64,000 nucleotides of DNA from Terriglobia bacterium (lineage in GTDB: Bacteria; Acidobacteriota; Thermoanaerobaculia; Thermoanaerobaculales; Thermoanaerobaculaceae): the NCBI GenBank assembly GCA_020073245.1, contig JAIQFQ010000004.1:24181-88180 (forward strand). Direction: 5' to 3'. Shown piece by piece: positions 43,955 through 52,963 of the stretch (its first letter is position 1; the number at the start of each line of letters is the position of its first letter). Made by a program: the position numbers and the translations under genes. The notes beneath the pieces were generated by a model. It saw only the letters and a program-made list of their open reading frames with translations. It was not told the DNA's origin and searched no databases.

Positions 43955-45136
43955 ATGGAGCTGCCAATCGGCGCTGGCACGGTCATCTACCTCGACAACG
44001 CCGCCACCACCTTTCCGAAACCAAAAGAGGTGCTGGATCAGATGCTCGAGGTCTACTGCCGGTACGGAGTGAACCCGGGCCGCTCCGGCTACGACCTCTG
44101 CCTGATGGCGGGCGAGCTCGTCGCCGACACCCGTAAGGCGCTGACGCGGCTCTTCGGCGGCTCCGACCCGAACCGCCTGGTGTTCGCCTCCAACGCGACC
44201 GACGCGCTCAACCTCCTCATCCAGGGAGTGCTGAGCGAAGGCGACCACGCGGTCTCGACCACAATCGAGCACAACTCGGTGATCCGTCCCTTGAACCACA
44301 TGGCGCGCGACCGCGGGGTCGAGGTGGACTTCGTGCCGGTTGAGGCGGGTGGCCGGGTGGACCCACGGGCGATCGCGAAGCGGTTGCGGCCGAACACCCG
44401 GCTGGTCGTCGTCAACCACGGCTCGAACGTGATCGGCACGATCCAGCCGGTGGGGGAGATCGGGAGGCTGTGCCGTGCCCGCGGTGTGACGTTCGCGGTC
44501 GACACCGCCCAGACGGCAGGCGTGGTGCCGATCGACATGCAGACCATGTGTATCGATGTCGTCGCGTTCACCGGGCACAAGTCGCTCTTGGCGCCGACGG
44601 GGATCGGCGGCCTGTGTGTCGGGGACGCGGTCGACATCCGGCCCACGCGGTTCGGCGGAACGGGCGTCAACTCCGTGGCCCCGTACCACCTCGAGGAGTA
44701 CCCATACCGCCTCGAGGCCGGCACCGGCAACGTACTCGGCATCGCGGGGCTGCACTTCGGGCAGGCGTACATCGCGAAGCGCGGCCTCGACGCGATCTAC
44801 CGGCACGAGATGGCGCTCTTCTCCCGCCTCCAGGACGGGCTGGCGGCGATCGACGGCGTGACCCTGCACGGGGCGACCGGACTCAAGGACCGACTGCCTG
44901 TCCTCTCGTTTACGGTGGCCGGGCGGGACCCGGCCGACGTCGGCACGCTCCTCGACGTCGAGTACAACATCGCCGCGCGCACGGGCCTGCAGTGCGCCCC
45001 TCTCATCCATCGCCAGATGGGGACCGAAGCCCGGGGCACCGTGCGGCTGTCCGTCGGCCCGTTGAACACCGAGAGTGACATCGAGGCCGCGATCGCGGCG
45101 GTGACCGAGATCGCCACCGAAGCACGGGTCTCGTAG
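43955..45136 (+). CDS. Class-V aminotransferase, cysteine desulfurase / selenocysteine lyase family
   Basis: ATG 43955 within tracked ORF 43778..45136. IYLDNAATTFPKP, FASNATDALN, FTGHKSLLAPTGIGGL (PLP-Lys context). Confidence 0.88.
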   Translation: MELPIGAGTVIYLDNAATTFPKPKEVLDQMLEVYCRYGVNPGRSGYDLCLMAGELVADTRKALTRLFGGSDPNRLVFASNATDALNLLIQGVLSEGDHAVSTTIEHNSVIRPLNHMARDRGVEVDFVPVEAGGRVDPRAIAKRLRPNTRLVVVNHGSNVIGTIQPVGEIGRLCRARGVTFAVDTAQTAGVVPIDMQTMCIDVVAFTGHKSLLAPTGIGGLCVGDAVDIRPTRFGGTGVNSVAPYHLEEYPYRLEAGTGNVLGIAGLHFGQAYIAKRGLDAIYRHEMALFSRLQDGLAAIDGVTLHGATGLKDRLPVLSFTVAGRDPADVGTLLDVEYNIAARTGLQCAPLIHRQMGTEARGTVRLSVGPLNTESDIEAAIAAVTEIATEARVS

Positions 45137-45329
45137 GCCGCGAGGCGCGCCTCCCGCCAACCCACGCTCGGCTTGTTCCTCATCCCCTGCGGGGCTGCCA
45201 AGCCCGAGGGTGGCCCCCACCGCACTGGCAAGAGAGAAAGCCGTGCCCGCAGGGCAATGAAGAAGTACCGGCACACAGTGGCAAACGACGCCCCGTGGCT
45301 GAGCCGGGAGGTCCGGAAAGGGGCGAGGG

Positions 45330-46646
45330 TCAAGGTGCGGGCTGGCCCGGGAGGACGAGGGCATCCGCGACGATCTCGGCGAGAGTTCTCACCTCGACGC
45401 CGAGCTTGTAGAAGCGGTTCAACTCCATGAGCTGGTCGATGCAGTTGTGGCAGGGCGACGCAACCACCTTGGCACCCGTCGCACGGATCTGCTCGGCCTT
45501 GATGCGACCTGCCTCGATCCGCTTGGCGGCGTGCTCGGACGCAGCCAACATGCCGCCGCCGCCACCACAGCAGTAGTTGTCCTCGCGGTTGGGAACCATC
45601 TCGACGAAGTCGGCCGCTCCAGCCCGCAAGAGAACCCTCTGCTCCTCGATCACGCCGCCGTTGCGAACGAGATTGCAGGGATCGTGCAGCGTGATTCGGT
45701 CGGCGTTCTTAGTCGGGTCGAGACGGAGAAGCCCGTGGTCGACGTACTCCGCCATTACCTCGACCAAGCTGCTGACCTTGAACGGGAGGGGCCGGCCGAG
45801 CCACTCCGGTGCTTCCCACCTGAGCGCCCGGTACCCATGACCGCACTCGGCCACGACGAGTTCCTCGACTCCCAGCTCTTCGGCCCGCGCGATAAGACGT
45901 TCGGCGATCGCCCGTGCGGCGGCGGCATCGGCCGCGAAGTACCCGTAGTTCGTGATGTCGAAATCGGTTGACGTTAGCGTCCAGTCCTCGCCGGCGACGT
46001 GGAAGATCGTCGCGGCGGCCGAAAGCGACAGGGGGAAGAACTTCACCTCTCGGGGGTTGACCGCGTAGAGGACACGCGCCCCGTAACGATCGATCGGCAT
46101 CGCTGCCGCCGGATCGCCAAGGGTGTCCCGCAGGTCCTGCTCCAGCCAGGCCACCGTCTCCAGGACGTTCTCGCGCGAGATCCCCATGTTGTTGCCGGTC
46201 TCGAGTGCGAGATCGGCGTTCGCGCGGATCCCCTTGGGCACCATGCCGGCGGCGCCCAGCACCGTGCGGGCGAAGCGAATGATCGTTGATGGGTCGAGAC
46301 CGACACTGCAGTTGAGGGCGCAACGGCCGCAGAGCGTGCAGCGCCCGAACGCGGCGGCCGCGAGTCCCTCCAGCGCCTCCAGGTCAAGGTTCTGCGCGCC
46401 CACGAAGCCAGGCGTCAGGCGGCCGAGCAGCGTGTGGTACCGGCGAAAGAGGCGGGCGACGCGCTCCACCTTGTGCGCCGGCATCGACTCGGATTCGGAA
46501 TCCGCCAGGAACACGTGGCAGGTGTCGGCACACAGGCCGCACCTCACGCACGAGTTGAGGAACGCGGTCGTGCGGGCGTCGAGTCGCCCGCGCAGTACCG
46601 CGAGGGCGCGTTCCACGGCTCCCGCGCCGGCCGACGGCTCAGCCAT
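45330..46646 (-). CDS. HdrD/DsrK-family iron-sulfur protein (2x[4Fe-4S] ferredoxin + CCG domains)
   Basis: 438 aa. CVRCGLCADTCHV and CTLCGRCALNCSV ferredoxin motifs. C-terminal CCG-type motifs HDPCNLVRNG...NYCCGGGGG...SPCHNCIDQ. Confidence 0.85.
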   Translation of the reverse strand: MAEPSAGAGAVERALAVLRGRLDARTTAFLNSCVRCGLCADTCHVFLADSESESMPAHKVERVARLFRRYHTLLGRLTPGFVGAQNLDLEALEGLAAAAFGRCTLCGRCALNCSVGLDPSTIIRFARTVLGAAGMVPKGIRANADLALETGNNMGISRENVLETVAWLEQDLRDTLGDPAAAMPIDRYGARVLYAVNPREVKFFPLSLSAAATIFHVAGEDWTLTSTDFDITNYGYFAADAAAARAIAERLIARAEELGVEELVVAECGHGYRALRWEAPEWLGRPLPFKVSSLVEVMAEYVDHGLLRLDPTKNADRITLHDPCNLVRNGGVIEEQRVLLRAGAADFVEMVPNREDNYCCGGGGGMLAASEHAAKRIEAGRIKAEQIRATGAKVVASPCHNCIDQLMELNRFYKLGVEVRTLAEIVADALVLPGQPAP

Positions 46647-47271
46647 GGTCCGACCGGCTACGCACCGCGGTTGGCCGCACGCCCCGACGCCCGAAGGTGG
46701 CCCCGAGAACCCACCGACTGGTGAGGAGGAACAGCATGTGCCTCAGCTTTCCGAGCGGTGCGTACAGGACCAACACGGCGCCCACAATCTGGAAGACCGG
46801 GAGCGTGCTCGGACGCAGTGCAGCTGCGAGCGTCGCCGCGAGCATCAGGTTGACGAGGGCGTTCGCGAAGTAGTCCTCGGGCACACTGACCGCCCGCAAG
46901 CGACGATCGGTGCAGCGCTTCACGAGCAGAGCCAGGCCACACGCGAGGCCACACCCCGCGAGCACGGCGATGACCCCGTTGGCGAGCGACGGCAGCGAAG
47001 GTCCCACCAGGCTGACAGCGAGCCGCACCAATCCGGCGAACACCGCAACGTGATATGCGATGCCTGCGAGGTAACTAGGCAGGTGGCGGGATGCGCTCTC
47101 CTTGGCCCACGGGGCGAATGCGAACGTGAATGCGTACAGGATGCCCGCGGCGGCGCTGCCGCGAGCCGGTGCGATGGGTGCGGGAACGGAGCCCAAACGG
47201 AACCGAAGCGCCGTGAACACTGCGACCGAGGTGACCATCGCAGCGAGGAGGATGAGCGTCGTAGCGTGCAC
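46639..47271 (-). CDS. Polytopic membrane protein, NarI/DsrM/HdrE-like (tentative)
   Basis: 210 aa with 5-6 predicted TM helices. His residues inside helices (SRHLPSYLAGIAYHVAVF) and the C-terminal PLGKLRHMLF resemble the P.SKL.H motif I recall from the nitrate-reductase-gamma-like family. 8-nt overlap with the HdrD/DsrK-like gene. Confidence 0.5.
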   Translation of the reverse strand: MHATTLILLAAMVTSVAVFTALRFRLGSVPAPIAPARGSAAAGILYAFTFAFAPWAKESASRHLPSYLAGIAYHVAVFAGLVRLAVSLVGPSLPSLANGVIAVLAGCGLACGLALLVKRCTDRRLRAVSVPEDYFANALVNLMLAATLAAALRPSTLPVFQIVGAVLVLYAPLGKLRHMLFLLTSRWVLGATFGRRGVRPTAVRSRSDHG

Positions 47272-47381
47272 CTAGCGGTCTCCCGTGGACGGATTCCGGG
47301 CGTGGCGTCGGGAGATCAGGTCCCGACCACGTTTCGCGAGCCGGGAGCGGGTGGTTCCCGGGTGGACGGCCCGGACCGCGT

Positions 47382-47699
47382 TCACACGCAGCCCTCAGGC
47401 TTGGGGAGACCCGCCACCTTGCACGCGCCCTTGGCGGGTCCGGCCGGGAACAGCTTGAAGATCGTGCGCAGGTTGATTCCGGTCCGCTGGCAAAGGAGGC
47501 GGATCATGGGGGCGTTGCCGTGCTCGAGGTAGTACTCGCGGATCATCCGCACGACCGCCCAGTGCTCCGGAGACATCTCCGTGACGCCCTCGGTGGTCGC
47601 GAGCAGCTTTGCAACCTCGTCGTTCCAGAGCTCCGGCTTCTGGAGGAAGCCTTCCTCGTCGACGGCGAACGTGCGGCCTTGGATCGTAATCTCAGACAT
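47382..47699 (-). CDS. dsrC: DsrC/TusE-family sulfur-relay protein with both C-terminal-arm cysteines (DsrC-type)
   Basis: ATG 47699 (GGAGGG SD) within tracked ORF 47382..47756. 105 aa. FAVDEEGFL, MSPEHWAVVRMIREYY. The C-terminus is GACKVAGLPKPEGCV, i.e. a penultimate Cys plus a second Cys ten residues upstream. Confidence 0.88.
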   Translation of the reverse strand: MSEITIQGRTFAVDEEGFLQKPELWNDEVAKLLATTEGVTEMSPEHWAVVRMIREYYLEHGNAPMIRLLCQRTGINLRTIFKLFPAGPAKGACKVAGLPKPEGCV

Positions 47700-47946
47700 A
47701 GGCACCCTCCGGCCAAGACCAACGGCGCCGCAAGGGTAGACAGCGTGGATTCCCATTTCAACAGCCGAGGCCCCACCTTGAGGCCGCGTCTCAAGAGTCG
47801 CGGAGTCGCAACGCCCGCCATGTGGTTGCCCTTGGAGTGGGCGATTCTCTCGTGCACGCAGAGCGCGCGCCCGTCAAGGCTCGAAGCAAAACTGTCTTCA
47901 GCGGCGCCGAACTTGTTACAATGCGACGAACGCGGAGGAATAGCCG

Positions 47947-50397
47947 GTGGGCGGCGTGGCGGACGATCCCAAGATCGCCGAGGCGTTGAGCGAGCTTCAG
48001 CAGTATCTCTCCGACGCCATCTCGCCGCTGGTCGTCGCCGATTCCATCGCCATCCTCCTCGCCGTCCCTCCCGAGGTCGTGGCCGACGAGATCCGCAGTT
48101 GGACCACAAGCCAGCACCGCCGCCTCGGCGCCAGCGTTCCCATCTCCGACTACCTCTACCACGCGATCCGCAAGCTCTACATGATGGGCGAGTTCACCCT
48201 CGTATCAAAGGAAACGATGGCTGCCTACCTGGAGGTGCTCGAGAGCTACCTCGTGGCATTCTGCCCGACCGAGGACAGGGATCTCTTGCGGGAGAACCTC
48301 GACCACCTCGACGACGTACGCTCGGATCTCGCGGCTCCCATTGCGACCCTCCATCGCGCAGAGGAGGAGGAAACCGCTCCTGTCGTGCACCAGCCGACGG
48401 CGACGGCGAAGACGGCCGTTCACGCCAGCCAACAGTTCGCCCAACTCGTCGAGCGGCTGGCGCGCCTCCAGATTCCAGGCGGGCCGGGCGAGACGCCAGC
48501 GGCCGCGCGCGAGGACGTGTTCTCGCAGCTCGTGTCCGTCGCGGCTCGAAACTCCGGCACGAGCGAGGAGTTTGAACAGGCCAAGGAGAGCCTGCGGGCG
48601 TTCGGCATGGGCTCGTCGATGGAGAACGTCTTTCGCTCGCTCGGCCGCCGGCTCCCGGGGTGGGTGGTGCAGGAACAACCGGGGAGCGAGGGCGCAGCGG
48701 CGCCGATGACCGCGACGGCCCGGGCCATGGAACGCATCGTGACGCTCGAGCACGACCCTCGCGAGGCGGCCCGCCGTTTTCAGGAACTCGTATACGCGGC
48801 GATCGAACAGTTCAACGAGGGTTCCCTGGCTCGCGCTGTCACGATGCTGGACCTGGCAGGCCTCCTCCTTGCCGAGAAGAAGGTTGACCCGGCCTACGTG
48901 CAGGGGTTCAAAGAGCAGGCACACGCGAAGCTGGAAGAACAGCGGCTGCGACAATTCGCCGAGGATGCCACCTCGCATGCGCTCTTCCAGCGCATCCTGG
49001 CATTCTTTCCGGCCCTCGAGCCGGCCGGACTCCTCGACGCGGTGAGGGGTGAGGAGAAGCGCGAACGGCGCCACCTCTTGCTCGGGCTCCTTGAGGTTCA
49101 CGGCGCTTCCGCACGGGAGCTGGCCACAGAGCGCCTCGCTGCTTCGATCGCCACCTTCGGCGACAGGGACGCCCACTACCAGAGGAACCTCCTGTACGTG
49201 CTGCGGCGCATCCCGCGTCCGGAAGGGATCGTGCCGGATGCCGAGATTCAGACGGCGATCAGATTGTCGGCGGTGGGAAGGCCGGTGATCCTGCTCAAGG
49301 AAGCGGTCGCCTACCTCGGTCAGGTCAAGGACGAGCGCGCGGAGCGCGCCCTCATCAACCGCGTCGGGGAGTACGAGGCGGCTCTGCTCAAGCCGGGAAG
49401 CACCGGAGTGGAGAACGCCGAGTTGGTGCCGGTTCTTGACCGTGTCGTCTTCGCACTTGCGCGTTTCGACACGCCTGCCGCCGTCCGGGCAGTCGTGAAC
49501 CACGGGCTCAAGCGCCACCCGAACTTTGGCGACACGTCCGCCAGGCTCGCACAGCTTGGCGGCACGGACCTGTCTGGAGACCCCGAGACCGTCAACCGCC
49601 TGGTCCAGGCGATCGAGGCCGAGCTGCCGCACAAGATTTTTGGCTTTCTCCTCAAGAAGGACTGGAGCTTCCTGCTCCACCTCATCGAGGCGGTGGCTTC
49701 GTCCGCGAAGGCACAACCGGTGCGGAATGCCCTCGAGGGAATGGTCCAGCGTTTCCCGGGCGAAGAGTTCAGCCTGGCCGCCTCAAAGGTCCTCGCGGGC
49801 GCCGAACTGCCGCCGGCCCCACCCCAACCCGAGCCGCAACAAACCGCGAGCCTGTCGGGCGATCTCGAGCTGTTCGGGCTGCCGACGCTCCTGCAGAACC
49901 TCTCGCAGTCAGCCGCCTCGGGGGTCCTCACCATCACCGACCCCATCGGGGAAGAGGTTGCAACCGTCGTTCTGGAGAAGGGAAAGTTCCGTGATTGCCA
50001 CGGCGGCCAGCTCACGGGGGAGGTCGCGCTGTTCCAACTGATCGAGCGGCCGACCCCATCTTCATTCAGTTTCGTGAGGCTCAACGTGGCCGCCGAAGGC
50101 GCCGGAAGCGAACCGTTGAAAGATCTTGTGCCTCTCTTCTTCGAGGGGACGCGCCGATACGACGAGTTCCAGCAGGCGTGCATGTTGGTGCCGGACTACG
50201 CCTGCTTGCGCGCGACGGCGACAAAGCCGACGCGCCCGCCCGAGGAGTACGACGGGACGCTGGTCCGCACGGTCTGGCAGCGCGCATGCTCCGGCGCCTC
50301 GGCCATCGAGTGCGAGAAGGACCTCGCGGTGGACTCGTTCCGGGTGCGCAGGGCGCTCGCACACTGGGTCGAGGAGGGATCGCTGGAGCCCCGTTAG
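47947..50397 (+). CDS. Large hypothetical helical-repeat protein with C-terminal DUF4388 domain
   Basis: 816 aa. GTG start with GGAGGA SD and TACAAT further upstream. SLSGDLELFGLPTLLQNLSQSAASGVLTI near residue 640 matches the DUF4388 pattern. No other domain recognised. Confidence 0.5.
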   Translation: MGGVADDPKIAEALSELQQYLSDAISPLVVADSIAILLAVPPEVVADEIRSWTTSQHRRLGASVPISDYLYHAIRKLYMMGEFTLVSKETMAAYLEVLESYLVAFCPTEDRDLLRENLDHLDDVRSDLAAPIATLHRAEEEETAPVVHQPTATAKTAVHASQQFAQLVERLARLQIPGGPGETPAAAREDVFSQLVSVAARNSGTSEEFEQAKESLRAFGMGSSMENVFRSLGRRLPGWVVQEQPGSEGAAAPMTATARAMERIVTLEHDPREAARRFQELVYAAIEQFNEGSLARAVTMLDLAGLLLAEKKVDPAYVQGFKEQAHAKLEEQRLRQFAEDATSHALFQRILAFFPALEPAGLLDAVRGEEKRERRHLLLGLLEVHGASARELATERLAASIATFGDRDAHYQRNLLYVLRRIPRPEGIVPDAEIQTAIRLSAVGRPVILLKEAVAYLGQVKDERAERALINRVGEYEAALLKPGSTGVENAELVPVLDRVVFALARFDTPAAVRAVVNHGLKRHPNFGDTSARLAQLGGTDLSGDPETVNRLVQAIEAELPHKIFGFLLKKDWSFLLHLIEAVASSAKAQPVRNALEGMVQRFPGEEFSLAASKVLAGAELPPAPPQPEPQQTASLSGDLELFGLPTLLQNLSQSAASGVLTITDPIGEEVATVVLEKGKFRDCHGGQLTGEVALFQLIERPTPSSFSFVRLNVAAEGAGSEPLKDLVPLFFEGTRRYDEFQQACMLVPDYACLRATATKPTRPPEEYDGTLVRTVWQRACSGASAIECEKDLAVDSFRVRRALAHWVEEGSLEPR

Positions 50398-50441
50398 GCC
50401 GGGCTCCTTGCGGGACACAGAGGCCGTCCTCTCCGCGACCG

Positions 50442-51047
50442 CTACGCTCGGATGGCCTCCCCGTACCTGCGTGCGACGTCGGCCCAGTTCACCAGGTGCT
50501 GCATCATCGCTTCGACCCACTCCCCGCGACGGTTCTGGTACTTGAGGTAGTAGGCGTGCTCCCACACGTCGATGACCAGAATCGGCACCCACCCGGGGAG
50601 CAGCAGGTTCTGGTGCTTCTCCACCTGGAGGACTGTGAGCCGGCCGCTCGAGGAATCGACCGCCAGGACACCCCAGCCGGAACCCTCCACCGCGTTGGTG
50701 GCGGCGCGCAGGTGGGCATCGAAGGCGGTATACGAGCCGAAATCGCGAGCAAGGGAATCGGCAAGCACCCCGCCTGGTTCGCTTCCGCCGTCGGGGCTCA
50801 GGTTGGTCCAGAAGATCGAGTGGAGGACGTGCCCTCCGCCGTGAAAGGCGACCTCCCGCTCGAGGTGCTTGATGAGTGCGAAGTCGCCCGCCGCTCGTGC
50901 TACCGTCAGCTTGTCGAGGGCGGCGTTCAGGCCGTTGACGTAGGCCTGGTGGTGCTTGCCGTGATGCAGCTCGACCGTGCGGGCATCGTAGTGGGGTTCG
51001 AGGGCGTCGGCGGCGTACGGCAGGGGGGGAAGCTCGGCTTTCTTCAT
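50442..51047 (-). CDS. Fe/Mn superoxide dismutase
   Basis: ATG 51047 (AAGGAG SD) within tracked ORF 50442..51182. LPPLPYAADALEPHYDARTVELHHGKHH and DVWEHAYYL signatures. Confidence 0.95.
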   Translation of the reverse strand: MKKAELPPLPYAADALEPHYDARTVELHHGKHHQAYVNGLNAALDKLTVARAAGDFALIKHLEREVAFHGGGHVLHSIFWTNLSPDGGSEPGGVLADSLARDFGSYTAFDAHLRAATNAVEGSGWGVLAVDSSSGRLTVLQVEKHQNLLLPGWVPILVIDVWEHAYYLKYQNRRGEWVEAMMQHLVNWADVARRYGEAIRA

Positions 51048-51314
51048 GACGCGCTCCTTTCGGGCCCAAGAGAGTCCGTGTTCCGCGATTCTCTCAACGG
51101 TCGCGGTCTCAACATCCGGTTCGAAAACGATACGGCCGCGAGGAAGCCGTGTCAAACGCGGCCGGGAATGGCGCATGGCCACGCGGTCGCGGCCGGCCTT
51201 CGTGCATCCGGCGCCGCTCCGGCCGACCTCACGTGGCGAGCGGGACGCGGGCCCGCCGGGTCGTGCTCCAGGGACGGCGGCGTTGGGGGAAGAAGGGAGC
51301 CTGCCTTGAACGCG

Positions 51315-52745
51315 TCAGCCGCGCCGGGCGGGCGCCGGGGCGCCCTGCTGCTGGAATGCGAGGATCGCTTTGATCGCGGCGTGCCGGTAGAGGTCCGAGA
51401 GTGTGGGGTAGTTGTAGAGCGTCTCGGCGATCTGAGGTGCTGTTGCGCCGGCGCGTAGGAATGCCTGGCCGATGTGGATGAGCTCGCTGGCTCCGTGGCC
51501 GATCATGTGAGCGCCGACGAGTCGCAGGGAACCGGTCTCGAAGAGCAGCTTGAGCAACCCCTCCGTGTCGCCGATGATCTGGCCTCGGGGGTTCATGTCG
51601 TAGTTACCTCGGCCTGTGACGTAGTCCACGCCCTTGTCCGAGAGCGTCTCCTCCGTCTCGCCGATGTAGCTCACCTCCGGGATCGAGTAGATCGCGAAGG
51701 GCAGGCTTTCGGTCTTCGAGTTCACGCCGGGAATCCCGAAAGCGTGCCGCATCGCCTGCCGCCCTTGCTCCATGGAAGTGCTGGCCAGCGCGGGGTAGCC
51801 GATCACGTCGCCCACGGCGTAGATGTGCGGCACCGAGGTCTGGTAGTTCTCGTTGACGGTGAGCAGCCCGTAGCTGTTGGGCTCGAGGCCCACGAGCTCG
51901 AGCCCTATGCCTGTCGTGTTGCCGTCGCGACCGACGCAGTAGAGGAGAGCATCGGCCTCCAGGACGGCACCTTGGCGTAGAGTGCAGCGCACCCTCGCCG
52001 GGTCGCCAGGCAGCCGCTCGATCGACGCGTGCCGGTCATTGTGAAGCAGCGTGATGCCGAGCCGACCTAGCTCGCGCTCGAGGATCGCCGCGATCTCCCG
52101 GTCGAGGTACGGGAGCAACCGATCGCGGGTGTCGACCAGAGTGACGGTAACCCCGAGCGCCGCGAAGATACTCGCGAACTCCACGCCGATCACCCCCGCT
52201 CCGAGCGTCACCATGCTCTTCGGGATGGCCGGGAGGGAGAGGATCGAGTTGCTGTCGAAAACGGACTCACCGTCGAACGGGACATCACCCGGGCGATTGG
52301 GGTTCGAGCCCGTCGCGAGCACGATGAAGTCGGCAGTCAGCGAAAACAGCACACCGCCATCGGGGCCGCAGACCGCGACCGTGTGGGCGTCGACGAAGCG
52401 TGCCTGTCCGACGAACACCTCGATCCGGTAGCGGTCGAGGGACTCGTTGATCAGCTCGAGCTCCCGCTGCACCACCATTCGCTCGCGGTGCATGAAGTCA
52501 TGGACCGTGATCTCGCTCGGGATCTCGCAGCGGATCCCCTCGAGCTTGTCGCGTACGAGCGAGTGCACGAACAGAGCGCTCTCCCGCAGCGTCTTGGACG
52601 GGATCGTCCCCCAGTTGACGCGGGTGCCGCCCATGACGTGCTGGCGCTCGATCACCGCGACCTGCTTCCCCGCCCGGGCGGCTTGAATCGCCGCCCGCTC
52701 GCCGCCTGGTCCGCACCCGATCACGATCACATCAAAGCGCCGCAT
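51315..52745 (-). CDS. sthA: Soluble pyridine nucleotide transhydrogenase (Si-specific NAD(P)+ transhydrogenase)
   Basis: ATG 52745 within tracked ORF 51315..52925. FDVIVIGCGPGGERAA, GGTRVNWGTIPSKTLRE (no redox-active CxxxxC, as in SthA), IYAVGDVIGYPALAS, NYPTLSDLY. Confidence 0.85.
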   Translation of the reverse strand: MRRFDVIVIGCGPGGERAAIQAARAGKQVAVIERQHVMGGTRVNWGTIPSKTLRESALFVHSLVRDKLEGIRCEIPSEITVHDFMHRERMVVQRELELINESLDRYRIEVFVGQARFVDAHTVAVCGPDGGVLFSLTADFIVLATGSNPNRPGDVPFDGESVFDSNSILSLPAIPKSMVTLGAGVIGVEFASIFAALGVTVTLVDTRDRLLPYLDREIAAILERELGRLGITLLHNDRHASIERLPGDPARVRCTLRQGAVLEADALLYCVGRDGNTTGIGLELVGLEPNSYGLLTVNENYQTSVPHIYAVGDVIGYPALASTSMEQGRQAMRHAFGIPGVNSKTESLPFAIYSIPEVSYIGETEETLSDKGVDYVTGRGNYDMNPRGQIIGDTEGLLKLLFETGSLRLVGAHMIGHGASELIHIGQAFLRAGATAPQIAETLYNYPTLSDLYRHAAIKAILAFQQQGAPAPARRG

Positions 52746-52951
52746 CCATCCCTTCCGACTGGGGGCAGGAATGGCGAACGCCACCGTCGCCTGCCGGCCG
52801 CAGCCACCGTACTCACGGGCGAATCGTAGCAGGGAACGCGTCTCGTTCGGCAAGTGCGGCGGTTCAGCCATCCTCTTGTTAGGCAGTACTTCATCCTGCC
52901 CTATCGCGGGAGAGGCCGGCCCCAAACGGTCGCGCTGTGCCTCGTCGCCGT

Positions 52952-52957
52952 TACAAT
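52952..52957 (+). promoter_or_regulatory. Putative -10 hexamer TACAAT, 6 nt upstream of GTG 52964 (leaderless-type arrangement)
   Basis: TACAAT-gtcgcg-GTG read directly. GTG 52964 is in frame with tracked ORF 52937..54160. Confidence 0.45.
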
Positions 52958-52963
52958 GTCGCG

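Noticed and set aside
43856-45364. 502-aa ORF antisense to the class-V aminotransferase
   Set aside because: Antisense-frame composition. The sense strand has the PLP-Lys context and N-terminal LDNAATT motif.
48205-49716. 503-aa ORF antisense to the large DUF4388 protein gene (and similarly 49995..51458 on the plus strand across the SOD gene)
   Set aside because: Arg/Glu/Leu/Gly-rich with no motifs. For 49995..51458 the opposite strand encodes a textbook Fe/Mn SOD.
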